Below are positions 40,801 to 48,630 of a DNA stretch of 64,000 bases, piece by piece. The DNA comes from an uncultured virus (IMG/VR IMGVR_UViG_3300034061_003767). Taxonomy: Duplodnaviria; Heunggongvirae; Uroviricota; Caudoviricetes. Location: IMG/VR virus record IMGVR_UViG_3300034061_003767; one strand, given 5' to 3'. Numbering within the stretch: the stretch's first letter is position 1; each line of letters starts with the position of its first letter. The translations under genes and the position numbers were made by a program. The notes under the pieces are model-generated. The model saw only the letters and a program-made list of their open reading frames with translations. It searched no databases and had not been told where the DNA came from.

Positions 40801-43800
40801 TTTTTTGCAGCGTCTTGAGCTTCGGTAGCAGCTTTCAGTTCGTCTAAAGCAGCTTTCTCCTGTTTTTGAGCTGATTCTTCTCTGTATTTTAGAACTTTAC
40901 TAGATACAGGGTCAATAGTTGATGATCCACCAAAATCTTCTCTAACCACACCGACAGCTCTTGCTTCTTCTCTTGTTAGTCCACCTTCTCTAGATTTAGC
41001 TGTATATGCTTCTTTTCTTTTTTTGCGTTCTTCTTTACTAAGCCTACCTTCTTGTTGTGGTTTTGGTTTTTTTTGTTTATCATTTGGTGGATCTGGTGGG
41101 CTTGGTGGAAATACAAAAGATGGTCCAGATGGTGGAGCTGGTGGTAAACCAGATGGTGGAATAATTGGTAATGGAGGTTGTGGTTTAGGTGTAGATGCAG
41201 AAGTGTCTATGTCGGAAGCTTCTAGTCCAGCATATGTATATCCGGTTTCTCCTAAAGTCTTAGCCAATTCTGCCATTCCGGTTTTAGCGTCGGTTGTAGA
41301 GGTTATAATTGCCCTAACTTCTGGACTAGCTTTAGCAAAAAACTCTGCAAATAATTCTTTACCACGTAATAAATAATCATTTATTCTATTACTACTTTCT
41401 CCAGCTGCTATAAATGCTTCTTCCATTTGTTTTCTAATTTTAGCAACCAATTCGAATTGAAAGGTTCCTTCAATTTCACTAGCAGCTTTACCCCCACCCA
41501 ACTCAAAGTCTGCTAAATGACCAGTTTCATGAGCTACTGTTTCTGTTGTTGCTCCACCTTTTTTACCGGTTATTTTTAAGCCTATAGCAGCGGCTGATTC
41601 TGAGGAGGCAGCTTGTCCTCTTGTATTTTCTGTAAAAGCTGGGGTACCACCCATTAAACTCTCGCCCGGCTCTAAATCTTTTAATCCTTTAAATTTTTTC
41701 AATAAAACTTCTCTTATTTGATCCGGTAACTGAGCCATTATTTGTGCTAAAACAGCGCCAGCTTGCTCTACATCCTGTAAGATTTCTCCTTGTGCTCTTT
41801 TTGCGTCTTTTTTGTTTTGTCCACCTTTAAAGAATTTTCTAACTCCAACACTACCCCCTTTATTTAATCCCAAAGCCTTAGTAGCTTTTTCTCTTATAAC
41901 ATAGCTACCTGTTGGTAGTCCTATGGGACCAATACTATCACTAGTTCCACTACCTGGCCCATTAAATACGCTAATACCACCACCGGCAAATCCTTTCATT
42001 CCGTTGCGATCAGCTTGATTCATCTTATCTAATTTAGCGTAACCAATTTTCTTAGCTACTTTTGGAGGAACAAAAGCTTCTCCATTACTAACCATAGCTG
42101 GAACAGTGCCAGAACTTCCTCCACCAGCAAGTTTTTGTACTAAGTTTGGATTATTAATATCTGATGGACTTTTACTATATCCACTTTGTAATATCCATGC
42201 TGGGTCTGTAGCTGATGGCCAAGTATCTGGTGGGCCATATAATTTTTCATCTAAAAGTCTACTATTACTGACCCAATTCTCGGGGTTCAAAGGCGTTTTC
42301 TTAACATCAGATCTATTATTAAAATAGTAAGCCCATACACTCTTAGCAGCATCGCTTACTGTTCTTCTGTCTGACGTAAGCATACCACCAGCGGCTGTAG
42401 CAGCCTCCATAACAATATCATAAAGTTTTGGACCATACCCCTTTGTGGCAGAAGATGATTGCACAGCATAGAGCCCACCTCCTATGCTATCGGCAATAAC
42501 CTGTCCAGATCTTGCTGCCGCTGCTTCTCCCTCTTTTATGTATGTGGCTTGTATTCTATTTCCTGTTCTTAAAGCAACTTTACCAAAATTCTTTTGTGTT
42601 TGGCTTGATGTAGATTGAACCGGTTCGGCTAGTAAGCCACCAGCCGCTAATTGTTCTGGATTCATTAACTTAGCGGCTAATTTATCAGAATATGCTTGTA
42701 ATTGTTTGAGATTTCCTGGCTGTTGGAAATTTAATCCACTGTCACCAGATAAGCCACCCTTTGATTTAAGAGCGCCCATTAAGTTGTAACCGAAAGCGCG
42801 TTTTCGTTTGCTGATTCTGAATTGTATTTCTGGATATTTATCAATTATCTGTTGTTTAATTTCTTCAAATCCTGGACCATCAGCTTTGCCTCCGAAAGCA
42901 AAATTTTGAACTATATATTTTTGAGCCTCTGCCCATAATCTACTAACAGCACTACTATCATTAGTGCGCTTAGTATCTGTTGGCATCTTGGGATCGATTC
43001 CCCATGTATTAGCAGCATATCCTAAGCCACTAGGATAGTCTATAGGTCTAAGAGGATTAGCGTCATCCGAAGAAATTCCAATCCCTAATTGTTTAACAAT
43101 TTCTTCCAGACCATAACCTTCCATAGCAGCTATTGCTCTGTTTGAAGACTGATTAGCAGCACTTATATTTTGTGGTTCTCTATAAAGATAACCCAATTTA
43201 CCAGCACCTGTAACGGCTCCGATATTTTCTAAATTATCATCTACTAAAGTTTCCAATTCAGCAAGATTATCTACTTTATTCAATCCTCCACTAACTCCTG
43301 TGATCTTACTCTCTGGTATCGGTAATCCAAGAGAGGATAATTTTGATGCTAAAAGCGGAGCATTACTTTGTGGTCTGGCTGTTAGTACTCGTATTTTATC
43401 CATTAATTCTGGATAATCTATTAATCTTTTTGCTAGTTCTTTACCCAATAGTGTTAGCTTAGAGTTTTGCAGCGAGTCTCTAACTTTTTTCAAGTCACTA
43501 TAGTCTTCATTTTTCTTACCAGGAATATCTGCATCTTTAACAAGAGTTTCATCAAAATCAAAAGCTAATGGACCAATCGCTCCAAATATATCTGTATATT
43601 GAAATTGTTCTGCTCCTCTGGCTGGCAACCCAGCAATATCTTGTTGTATTTTAGATACAGCGTCAGCGTATCGTGTTGGTAAACTTTTACGAACTAGCTG
43701 TGTTAAATATTTTGTGCTTCCATCCTTACCTAATAATTCTTTTGCACTAGTAATATTAGAGTATCCAAGTTCTCCATTAGGTCCATATAAACTAGCTAGT

Positions 43801-46800
43801 CCAAACTTAAGACCTTTTCCCGTAGCAGCTTGTTCATTGAGTTGTTTTTGTCCTGCTTGTTGTGCTTTCTCAGCCTCTTTTTTTTCTTCTGCTTGTTTTA
43901 ATAAAGGTTCAATAATTTTTTCTAATAAGGAACCATTATCTAAAGATTTTAATGAGGGAAGTGTTAATAGTTGTTTCGCGGTGCCTACTTTTGGCATCAC
44001 CGCTCTAGCTTTTGCTACGGCTTTTTGAATTTCATCATAAGAAACATTTGCAGTAATATAACCACTACCACCAACTTTTTGTATTCTATCAAGAATTTGT
44101 TGTGAAATTTTTCCAACAGGAGTTTCTACACCACCAACTGATCCGGCCATAAATTTTTGTACTAATCCGCCATTAGCAAAATTTTTAGATTCTGGAATAG
44201 CTTGTCTCATAGCCCAAGCAAAATGAGATGCTCTACCAGTAACGGTTGGAAGAATATCTTTTTGATAATCTTTAGCTTCTTGTATAGCATTGCTAGCTTT
44301 TACAATTTTATCAAGAACGCTCTTGCGAAGTTTCTCGTCTTGAGTTTCTGATAACTCTTTTTCTAAAGATTTTCTGAAAGCAATAAGTCTCTCTGGAATA
44401 TCTGGAATTTCATCTAGTAATGGTTTACCAGATATAAACTCTCCACTTTTAGCAGATTGTTCAAATCGTTTTAAGAATCCGCCTTTTGTACCTGAATCTT
44501 TTTGATATCTGGCTATGGTTGCTTCTAAAACTTCCTTCGGTGCTCGCGGAGCTTGTTCAGCATACTTTAACAAGACATCCATAGGGACATTTTCTAAGCT
44601 AGATGAATCAACTCCGCCTGCTGTAGCAACCATTTTGCGCAAAGTTCTGGCGTCCATCTTTCTATGTACAGAGGCTTTAATTTTTTGTTCAGAGGCGAAC
44701 GGAGATATTTTTTCTCTCCAAAAGCCTTTTTTGCCTAAATAAGTTGTTAATTCAGATTCTAGTTCTGGTACTATTCTTTCTTGTGGTACTTCAACAAACT
44801 CATTCCCGATAACCATACCAGCACCAGCAGTACTAAATATATCATATGCTTGATCCTTAGCGTATCGTATTAGATCTTCTGTGCTAAGTTTATAGATTTC
44901 TTCTTGTGTTAATTCTTTGAACTTGCTACGAGCGCCCCGGGCTCCAGTTTTACCTCTCCCTTTACCGCTAGGAACATTAACGCCACCGACCGATCCAGCC
45001 ATAAATTTTTGTACTATCCCACCCAAACTTAATGGAACATCAAAAGATGTATCTTCTCCTTCTTCAAATACTACTGCTCCGAAATTTTTTCTATTTTTTT
45101 CTCCCCCTGTAGCGCGATCTAGATATTTCTGAATTTTAGGTTGAAATAATTCTGGAGTTGCTCGATTTTTAGATAGTCTGGCATCTGTTGGCAAACCTAT
45201 CAATTTGGTATTATCAAAAGCAGGAACATTACCTGGCCAATTACTATAATCGAAAGTTCCTCCAGCGCTTTCTTTAGTACCTCTTGGTTTAGACCTTCTA
45301 AGAGTTTGTTCTAATAAAGAACCTTTAACACTTCTATATAATCTAAAGTTTTGAATAGAGGATTTTGTTTCATCTATTCCTTTTTTACCAGGAGGTAAGA
45401 ATTGTGATTTACCTTTATTTACTATGTCTGCTAATCCTTGGTCAAGATAATCTGTATTAATAAATCCTGGCTCAGCATAATCGACAAAGACTTTTGCCTT
45501 ACCTCCTTTAGCTAGTTTATTCATTTTAGCTAAATTGCCTCTTCCGTATTTTTGAGCAGCTTGGTTGTTGATCACAACCTCTCCGGGTTCTAGCATAGCA
45601 GGAACCTTATCTCCCTTTCCACTGCCTGGAACAATACCCCCCTTATTAAATCCTAATACCTTACCCCCACCTCTCAGAGTTGATGATCCTCTAGATCTCA
45701 TGGTACTATCTAAACTTTGTACTGCTGATGTTAATGTTTTTAGAGCATCTGTATTTAATCTAATAGCATCTGCTGCTTTTGCTGTTACTTCTGCTCTTTG
45801 CTTCTCTTTAGCCCCACTTAAACTTTCTCCAATATTTTGACCAGCACCACCAGCGCCACCACCCTTTTTCAGACCGCCAAAAAAACCTGTGGCAAATTGC
45901 CCGATGGCGCTTACTCCTTTAATAGCTCCAAATACAGCTAAGATTGGCAATATTGGCTTAAATGCGCTCGCAAGACTGAGCAAGCCGCTAGTTAAACCAA
46001 CCACGATTTTGAAAAATCCTTGAAAAACAGTGCTTTGCCCAACCTCACGAATCAAACCTAAAAATTGTTCACGAACTTTTGCTATTTGATTAGCTAAGCT
46101 TTGTTGTGCTTTTATCTGAGCGTCTGTTAAGCTGCTTTGTCCTCTTTGAGCAACACCCAAAGCTTGTTGTGCTACTGCAAATTGTTGAATTAAAGGAATG
46201 ACTTTACCGATTTGTCTAAATCCACCAAGTTCTTCTACTATTGTTGAAAATCGAATATCTCTGGGATCTAATTGATTAAGAGCATCACTAAGTCTTCTAA
46301 TAGCTTCAAACGGACCAACGAACTTGCCTTCAAGATCTTGTAGTTCCACACCAAATTGTTTTAGTTGTTGGATAGTGCTACTTCTTTGAATTCTTGTAAA
46401 AATTGTTCTTAAGCCGGTAGCAATAGTCTCTGCACTTTCACGAGTAGTTTGACGAACACTAGTAAAAATAGCAATAAACTCATTTAGAGCATCGGTACCT
46501 TCGCTAACTCCTTTACTAGCACTAGCGAACACACCACCAGTACGCTGAATAGCAGCAATAATATCTCCAGATTCAACAGCGAACGCTGCTGCAACAGCAT
46601 TGATACTACCTAGTGCTGCTTCTAGCTCTCCTGCTTCTAATCCGAACTGTCTAATCGCAGCAATGGCACCTTCTGTGGTTTTAGTTAGGCTTTCGAAAGA
46701 TGGAGCCAGTTCTGTCTTAGCCAAAGCTTTAAGCGCTATTCTGGTTTCTTCCACACTCAAACCCGCCTGGGCTAATGTTGAGGTAACTTCTAATAGTGCT

Positions 46801-47390
46801 GTGCTACTCACTCCCAAACTTATTGCTAAATTTGTAATTTCGTCTTGTAGAATTTTTACACCCGTTGCTCCTCGACCAGTAACTTGTTGTAGTCTCACAA
46901 GTTCTTTGTCAAAATTTATAAATTCTTTAAAAGCACCAGTGACAGCATTTGTTAAAGCAAATATTCCTGTAGTAACCACAGAGAACGCCGCAAAACGACG
47001 AATAGCAAGAGCACTCTGCTTACCAAATTCTTCCATTTCTGTTCTAGCTACTTTAATGTCTTTAGCAACCTTTTCAATATTTTGAGAAGTTTTTCTAACG
47101 CCTCCAGCAGCAGCATTACTAGATGTTTGTACTGATCCCAAAGAACTAGACATATCTCTCAATGTTTGATTTAGACTAGTGGCATTACTTCTTACACTAA
47201 CTAATACTTTATTCATAGCAGCAAGTCTATTAGTAGCTGTATCTATAGACTTCAGTGCTTTATTATCTATATTAAGAGAAATATCAGTATTAACAGAACC
47301 TAGCTGTTTTCTAATTTGACTAACAATCGGTTTAAGATTTGTTGGTCCTCTTAAATTAATTTGTGCAGTAAGGTTGAAAGGTGATGCCAT
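34821..47390 (-). CDS. tape measure protein (4189 aa) with internal enzyme-like modules
   Basis: TP901-type core (FDKELVRL...LAQAG...RESAETIATGLRTIFTRI), long Ala/Gln-rich helices, Gly-rich hydrophobic segments, position after tail tube and chaperones. Confidence 0.9.
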   Translation of the reverse strand: MASPFNLTAQINLRGPTNLKPIVSQIRKQLGSVNTDISLNIDNKALKSIDTATNRLAAMNKVLVSVRSNATSLNQTLRDMSSSLGSVQTSSNAAAGGVRKTSQNIEKVAKDIKVARTEMEEFGKQSALAIRRFAAFSVVTTGIFALTNAVTGAFKEFINFDKELVRLQQVTGRGATGVKILQDEITNLAISLGVSSTALLEVTSTLAQAGLSVEETRIALKALAKTELAPSFESLTKTTEGAIAAIRQFGLEAGELEAALGSINAVAAAFAVESGDIIAAIQRTGGVFASASKGVSEGTDALNEFIAIFTSVRQTTRESAETIATGLRTIFTRIQRSSTIQQLKQFGVELQDLEGKFVGPFEAIRRLSDALNQLDPRDIRFSTIVEELGGFRQIGKVIPLIQQFAVAQQALGVAQRGQSSLTDAQIKAQQSLANQIAKVREQFLGLIREVGQSTVFQGFFKIVVGLTSGLLSLASAFKPILPILAVFGAIKGVSAIGQFATGFFGGLKKGGGAGGAGQNIGESLSGAKEKQRAEVTAKAADAIRLNTDALKTLTSAVQSLDSTMRSRGSSTLRGGGKVLGFNKGGIVPGSGKGDKVPAMLEPGEVVINNQAAQKYGRGNLAKMNKLAKGGKAKVFVDYAEPGFINTDYLDQGLADIVNKGKSQFLPPGKKGIDETKSSIQNFRLYRSVKGSLLEQTLRRSKPRGTKESAGGTFDYSNWPGNVPAFDNTKLIGLPTDARLSKNRATPELFQPKIQKYLDRATGGEKNRKNFGAVVFEEGEDTSFDVPLSLGGIVQKFMAGSVGGVNVPSGKGRGKTGARGARSKFKELTQEEIYKLSTEDLIRYAKDQAYDIFSTAGAGMVIGNEFVEVPQERIVPELESELTTYLGKKGFWREKISPFASEQKIKASVHRKMDARTLRKMVATAGGVDSSSLENVPMDVLLKYAEQAPRAPKEVLEATIARYQKDSGTKGGFLKRFEQSAKSGEFISGKPLLDEIPDIPERLIAFRKSLEKELSETQDEKLRKSVLDKIVKASNAIQEAKDYQKDILPTVTGRASHFAWAMRQAIPESKNFANGGLVQKFMAGSVGGVETPVGKISQQILDRIQKVGGSGYITANVSYDEIQKAVAKARAVMPKVGTAKQLLTLPSLKSLDNGSLLEKIIEPLLKQAEEKKEAEKAQQAGQKQLNEQAATGKGLKFGLASLYGPNGELGYSNITSAKELLGKDGSTKYLTQLVRKSLPTRYADAVSKIQQDIAGLPARGAEQFQYTDIFGAIGPLAFDFDETLVKDADIPGKKNEDYSDLKKVRDSLQNSKLTLLGKELAKRLIDYPELMDKIRVLTARPQSNAPLLASKLSSLGLPIPESKITGVSGGLNKVDNLAELETLVDDNLENIGAVTGAGKLGYLYREPQNISAANQSSNRAIAAMEGYGLEEIVKQLGIGISSDDANPLRPIDYPSGLGYAANTWGIDPKMPTDTKRTNDSSAVSRLWAEAQKYIVQNFAFGGKADGPGFEEIKQQIIDKYPEIQFRISKRKRAFGYNLMGALKSKGGLSGDSGLNFQQPGNLKQLQAYSDKLAAKLMNPEQLAAGGLLAEPVQSTSSQTQKNFGKVALRTGNRIQATYIKEGEAAAARSGQVIADSIGGGLYAVQSSSATKGYGPKLYDIVMEAATAAGGMLTSDRRTVSDAAKSVWAYYFNNRSDVKKTPLNPENWVSNSRLLDEKLYGPPDTWPSATDPAWILQSGYSKSPSDINNPNLVQKLAGGGSSGTVPAMVSNGEAFVPPKVAKKIGYAKLDKMNQADRNGMKGFAGGGISVFNGPGSGTSDSIGPIGLPTGSYVIREKATKALGLNKGGSVGVRKFFKGGQNKKDAKRAQGEILQDVEQAGAVLAQIMAQLPDQIREVLLKKFKGLKDLEPGESLMGGTPAFTENTRGQAASSESAAAIGLKITGKKGGATTETVAHETGHLADFELGGGKAASEIEGTFQFELVAKIRKQMEEAFIAAGESSNRINDYLLRGKELFAEFFAKASPEVRAIITSTTDAKTGMAELAKTLGETGYTYAGLEASDIDTSASTPKPQPPLPIIPPSGLPPAPPSGPSFVFPPSPPDPPNDKQKKPKPQQEGRLSKEERKKRKEAYTAKSREGGLTREEARAVGVVREDFGGSSTIDPVSSKVLKYREESAQKQEKAALDELKAATEAQDAAKKQLEEAKKRKQNLGKSSTQTERQTAKDAVKAAETQLGETQSRKSQATNKVAEARQKAVDVEEAKKAATVSTNTPDANKEKAKSDLQKTADQEVADAMEQVRKNVTQKYQDILQTEVDNIRAFYATRIAAAGKNSKEEANLIQQQRSAIADTKASIEAAQTGEIKTEQAKVPEQIATSKRQQVEQLRETKARAADPFYDAKKAADASATGMSGMPKVNEQIRQEQQQFFAYKAEKAGKTVGGFRQDLTKQIGTQAYAIGQERQFAKTEAQTTFAGRARELQGVDVAKATAEGATGEEASKVQNIIEEFAASLRKVDPNLGLGEARKAATKLAEGLAKGDQSVKQIIEANSELQAVFNKTFTETQNLDEAFKRVAEAAGLSEQSLRAEISPQKIKEQQFISSKEGQRFGGLAEFAPGLTEKFSKTRIGKGLGAGADFISGKGGKLSRAFAGAGGFTGIGAGVATGAEALKQFLPKSVTSDPNTAGALGALGGAGSGAAIGAQLGSFAGPIGTLIGGVGGAIIGGIQGFFSGKNQAILTNALENIAKTTGDLDQAFKKLESEASAVNLENAQKAFGDVLAAGQPIEDLAFSKTGVESIGSTFTGGVDKVSTGFAEGDISKIVLGGLQTAFGATGGGLLVDYFSAPSEAQRTEAIGSMVGGAGQRNESAARLAESGLKFKSTEEVGKIFDNIKTGTGELNPITEQYIQGALKAAEAANGTKQLTAEQTKSITVQAKERAALDAYMKKRKESGATDEQIAKEISSNRGAAQKEGEEALKTQGELAAKQDLLAKATKQVAIATESLLDVYRRIGAEAQRYSDELDQFSSDVNALVSGLGGDTSTREVNRTNEQVLGNVSAYSTEEVRAAANATAGFLGGTPEAQNLANQAVGQKLVQDQIPALLRTAGKDTDAQDNALEAVKNLLSSQGLEGSAIDTILGDLKNELAKGQGLSEAELQDTVTKSFSTVGKGLEQLQNVTKKYNDTLQQARKFQADYNKAILESGSYLRKADQVRLNAELDLAKALGRSPSLEELNKPFDAEISSLTGGLVQSGDLAAGASSDPTAIAAAITSAEKRKQAIEKASPELTAAGANIPAGPAGDPLRQQLNQAQLENIQAVGELTVASAEGRQALEKLANDGTKAANALGKIQEQQQAIEGFADFAQKVFTAEPQELAKMELQAVALNAAQVSGPEFFESRQNRQNAFAGLEQERGFMTKDEYNQTRASLIRKSFESQINPATGQAFKGTDVVKNIAGKDITLDELTKRLEGGIDETDPNVIAYREATEIQAQANIELGKIYQTQSEILAAAMMDLGKKLTEDFPNIVANAAANAQTDAQTKPEVKPEKKPPEPSYAETRVSEGQAQIDQGQTLLNEAKKDRDKLGYFSSSEEVRAVNTKERKAKQMIAGGKETVSQFGPLAAKDKAVREMETSLEAQRAYWAKAEEKTKQTEANKVKAQDAIDRAVQTREGGRPVATDGSGRVAAGTVAKPSAQVVIPSQTKVEVAGVPKAPIQAPPAPGTEQPVKDKATRQKEEAKKAAAAEIKNLEPLIADRQKEIAKRENKLKAARIAAMGAGTLKDKSGQVVNPNVLGAQSSLDASKEALVVQQAELAKQKQILAEQSKTAEEKQGQVTSQPSPLDAAQVSGPVAEGKTDTEVKSATEGVQTSVAQLQSPLDLVAQMATAALQSGSIYTHDVGLQERLDVLLESMNTLGSLASGEPGLAVSDAKVLEALNNLQAPFAALEQMAIASLSEGINTKDATLAAIASVFTPAINQVSAGVSALLAPINAISPVIATALDVIATPIKAIAGAFGVEMSTGQALQTAMGPAGALGSYVAGNAVGAIQNMATPQPQVSDKPITPNRLELANANAANRVVSAPVPVTMPPQASFINQQTTTQQIPSTTPTEGQLLTIDPTSIEKLNTFNTNFASYVDKLVTFEFPTIPDVIEMRGNHVVDVRISGAAAFEGLKKDFETMMQSEIKKAMGKIWDKTGGAMGASPNS
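44131..45016. repeat. 34-bp imperfect direct repeat flanking a TMP module
   Basis: 44131-44164 and 44983-45016, 31/34 identical, both encoding VQKFMAGSVGG. Confidence 0.85.
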
Positions 47391-47404
47391 TTAATTTGTC
47401 CTAT

Positions 47405-47444
47405 TAAAAAATATCCCCACAATACCATAAGTAGAGTGGGGATA
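47405..47444 (-). terminator. terminator-like hairpin upstream of the TMP
   Basis: Minus strand TATCCCCAC-N15-GTGGGGATA followed by a T6 run. Confidence 0.55.
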
Positions 47445-47470
47445 ATATATTATATACACAATAATGTTGG

Positions 47471-48340
47471 TTATTCTGACTTAGCAGATTCTTCTGATTG
47501 AGTTTTGGGTTCATCCTTTTCCTCAGTCTTTTTGCTTGATTCATTTTCAACAACAACTGGTTTTCCATTATCGTCTAAAAATGGACTAAACTCAACAACA
47601 TAATCACCCTTATCATCAACTAAATTACCATTTTTATCAATGAATTGTCCTTTTTCGTTGATAAATCTGCCATTTTCATCTATTAGTCTGCCTTTTTCAT
47701 CAACCAATTTGCCTTCACTATTAATTAGTCTTAACTTGCTATCAACAAACTTATACTGCTTTAAGAATTTATTCTCTGGCAACTTTTCTTCGTAATCATT
47801 TTCCAAACCATACAACATACCGGCTAAATTTTGTGCTGCTAATAGAGCCACAGGATCTGCGGATCTATTATTATAATCCTCATAATTTTTAAAATATGAT
47901 TCTTTACTATCATTATACACCGTACAGGCTGAAACCAAGTAATTAAATCTAGCATTATCAGCTTGACCTTCTGCTGTATGAGTATCTAAATTAGTTTTAA
48001 CAGATATTAGATCTCTAACTTCTTCTCGGGTTTTTCTCATCTGTAAAGCAAGTTCTTTGGCCTGTTTTAGAGGTATACCTCCTTTGGCTAATTTTCTTTC
48101 ATTATCTAGAATTTGATTTTGTAGTTCTGTGAACTTAGCCTGTTTTTGATTATCCCATAATCCTTGATCTACTAAAAGATCGTCTAGTTTTGCTCTAACA
48201 ACAGCTTTAGCTTTTAAGGCTTCGCTAAAACTTTGATTATAGATTTTAGACGCTTCTCTTTGATCTTGTAAGGATGGAGACCTGACCATGAACTCGACTT
48301 CTTTATTATCAATAAACGCTTTGAAATTTCTAGTTTTCAT
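47471..48340 (-). CDS. putative tail assembly chaperone
   Basis: Directly upstream of the TMP; GAGGA RBS; C-terminal 7-aa repeats. Confidence 0.5.
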   Translation of the reverse strand: MKTRNFKAFIDNKEVEFMVRSPSLQDQREASKIYNQSFSEALKAKAVVRAKLDDLLVDQGLWDNQKQAKFTELQNQILDNERKLAKGGIPLKQAKELALQMRKTREEVRDLISVKTNLDTHTAEGQADNARFNYLVSACTVYNDSKESYFKNYEDYNNRSADPVALLAAQNLAGMLYGLENDYEEKLPENKFLKQYKFVDSKLRLINSEGKLVDEKGRLIDENGRFINEKGQFIDKNGNLVDDKGDYVVEFSPFLDDNGKPVVVENESSKKTEEKDEPKTQSEESAKSE

Positions 48341-48630
48341 AATTGTTCCTCGTTTCTATTATTTCTCTGATTAAATTTGTATTTATATTTGATGGTAGAG
48401 TGACCAAGATCTGAAATAGCTTTTCGCAATTGATTATTGCCATTATTTAATATTTGATTTCTAACCATATCCCATCTATCTAAAAAATCTAATTCTTTGT
48501 CTGTTAATTCTTGTTCGTTTTTATCTTGACCCCACAAATATCCAAATGCTTTTTCAAACTCAAATAAGGCTCCTATCATTGTTGTTTGAAACCTTTTAGT
48601 TAATATTAATTTTTCTATATCTGTCATCAT
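48337..48630 (-). CDS. hypothetical protein (tail module)
   Basis: 97 aa with ATGA overlaps on both sides. Confidence 0.55.
   Translation of the reverse strand: MMTDIEKLILTKRFQTTMIGALFEFEKAFGYLWGQDKNEQELTDKELDFLDRWDMVRNQILNNGNNQLRKAISDLGHSTIKYKYKFNQRNNRNEEQL

Noticed and set aside
34821..47390. Short + strand ORFs within the TMP and other structural genes
   Set aside because: Antisense to long, well-supported genes; no independent signals.
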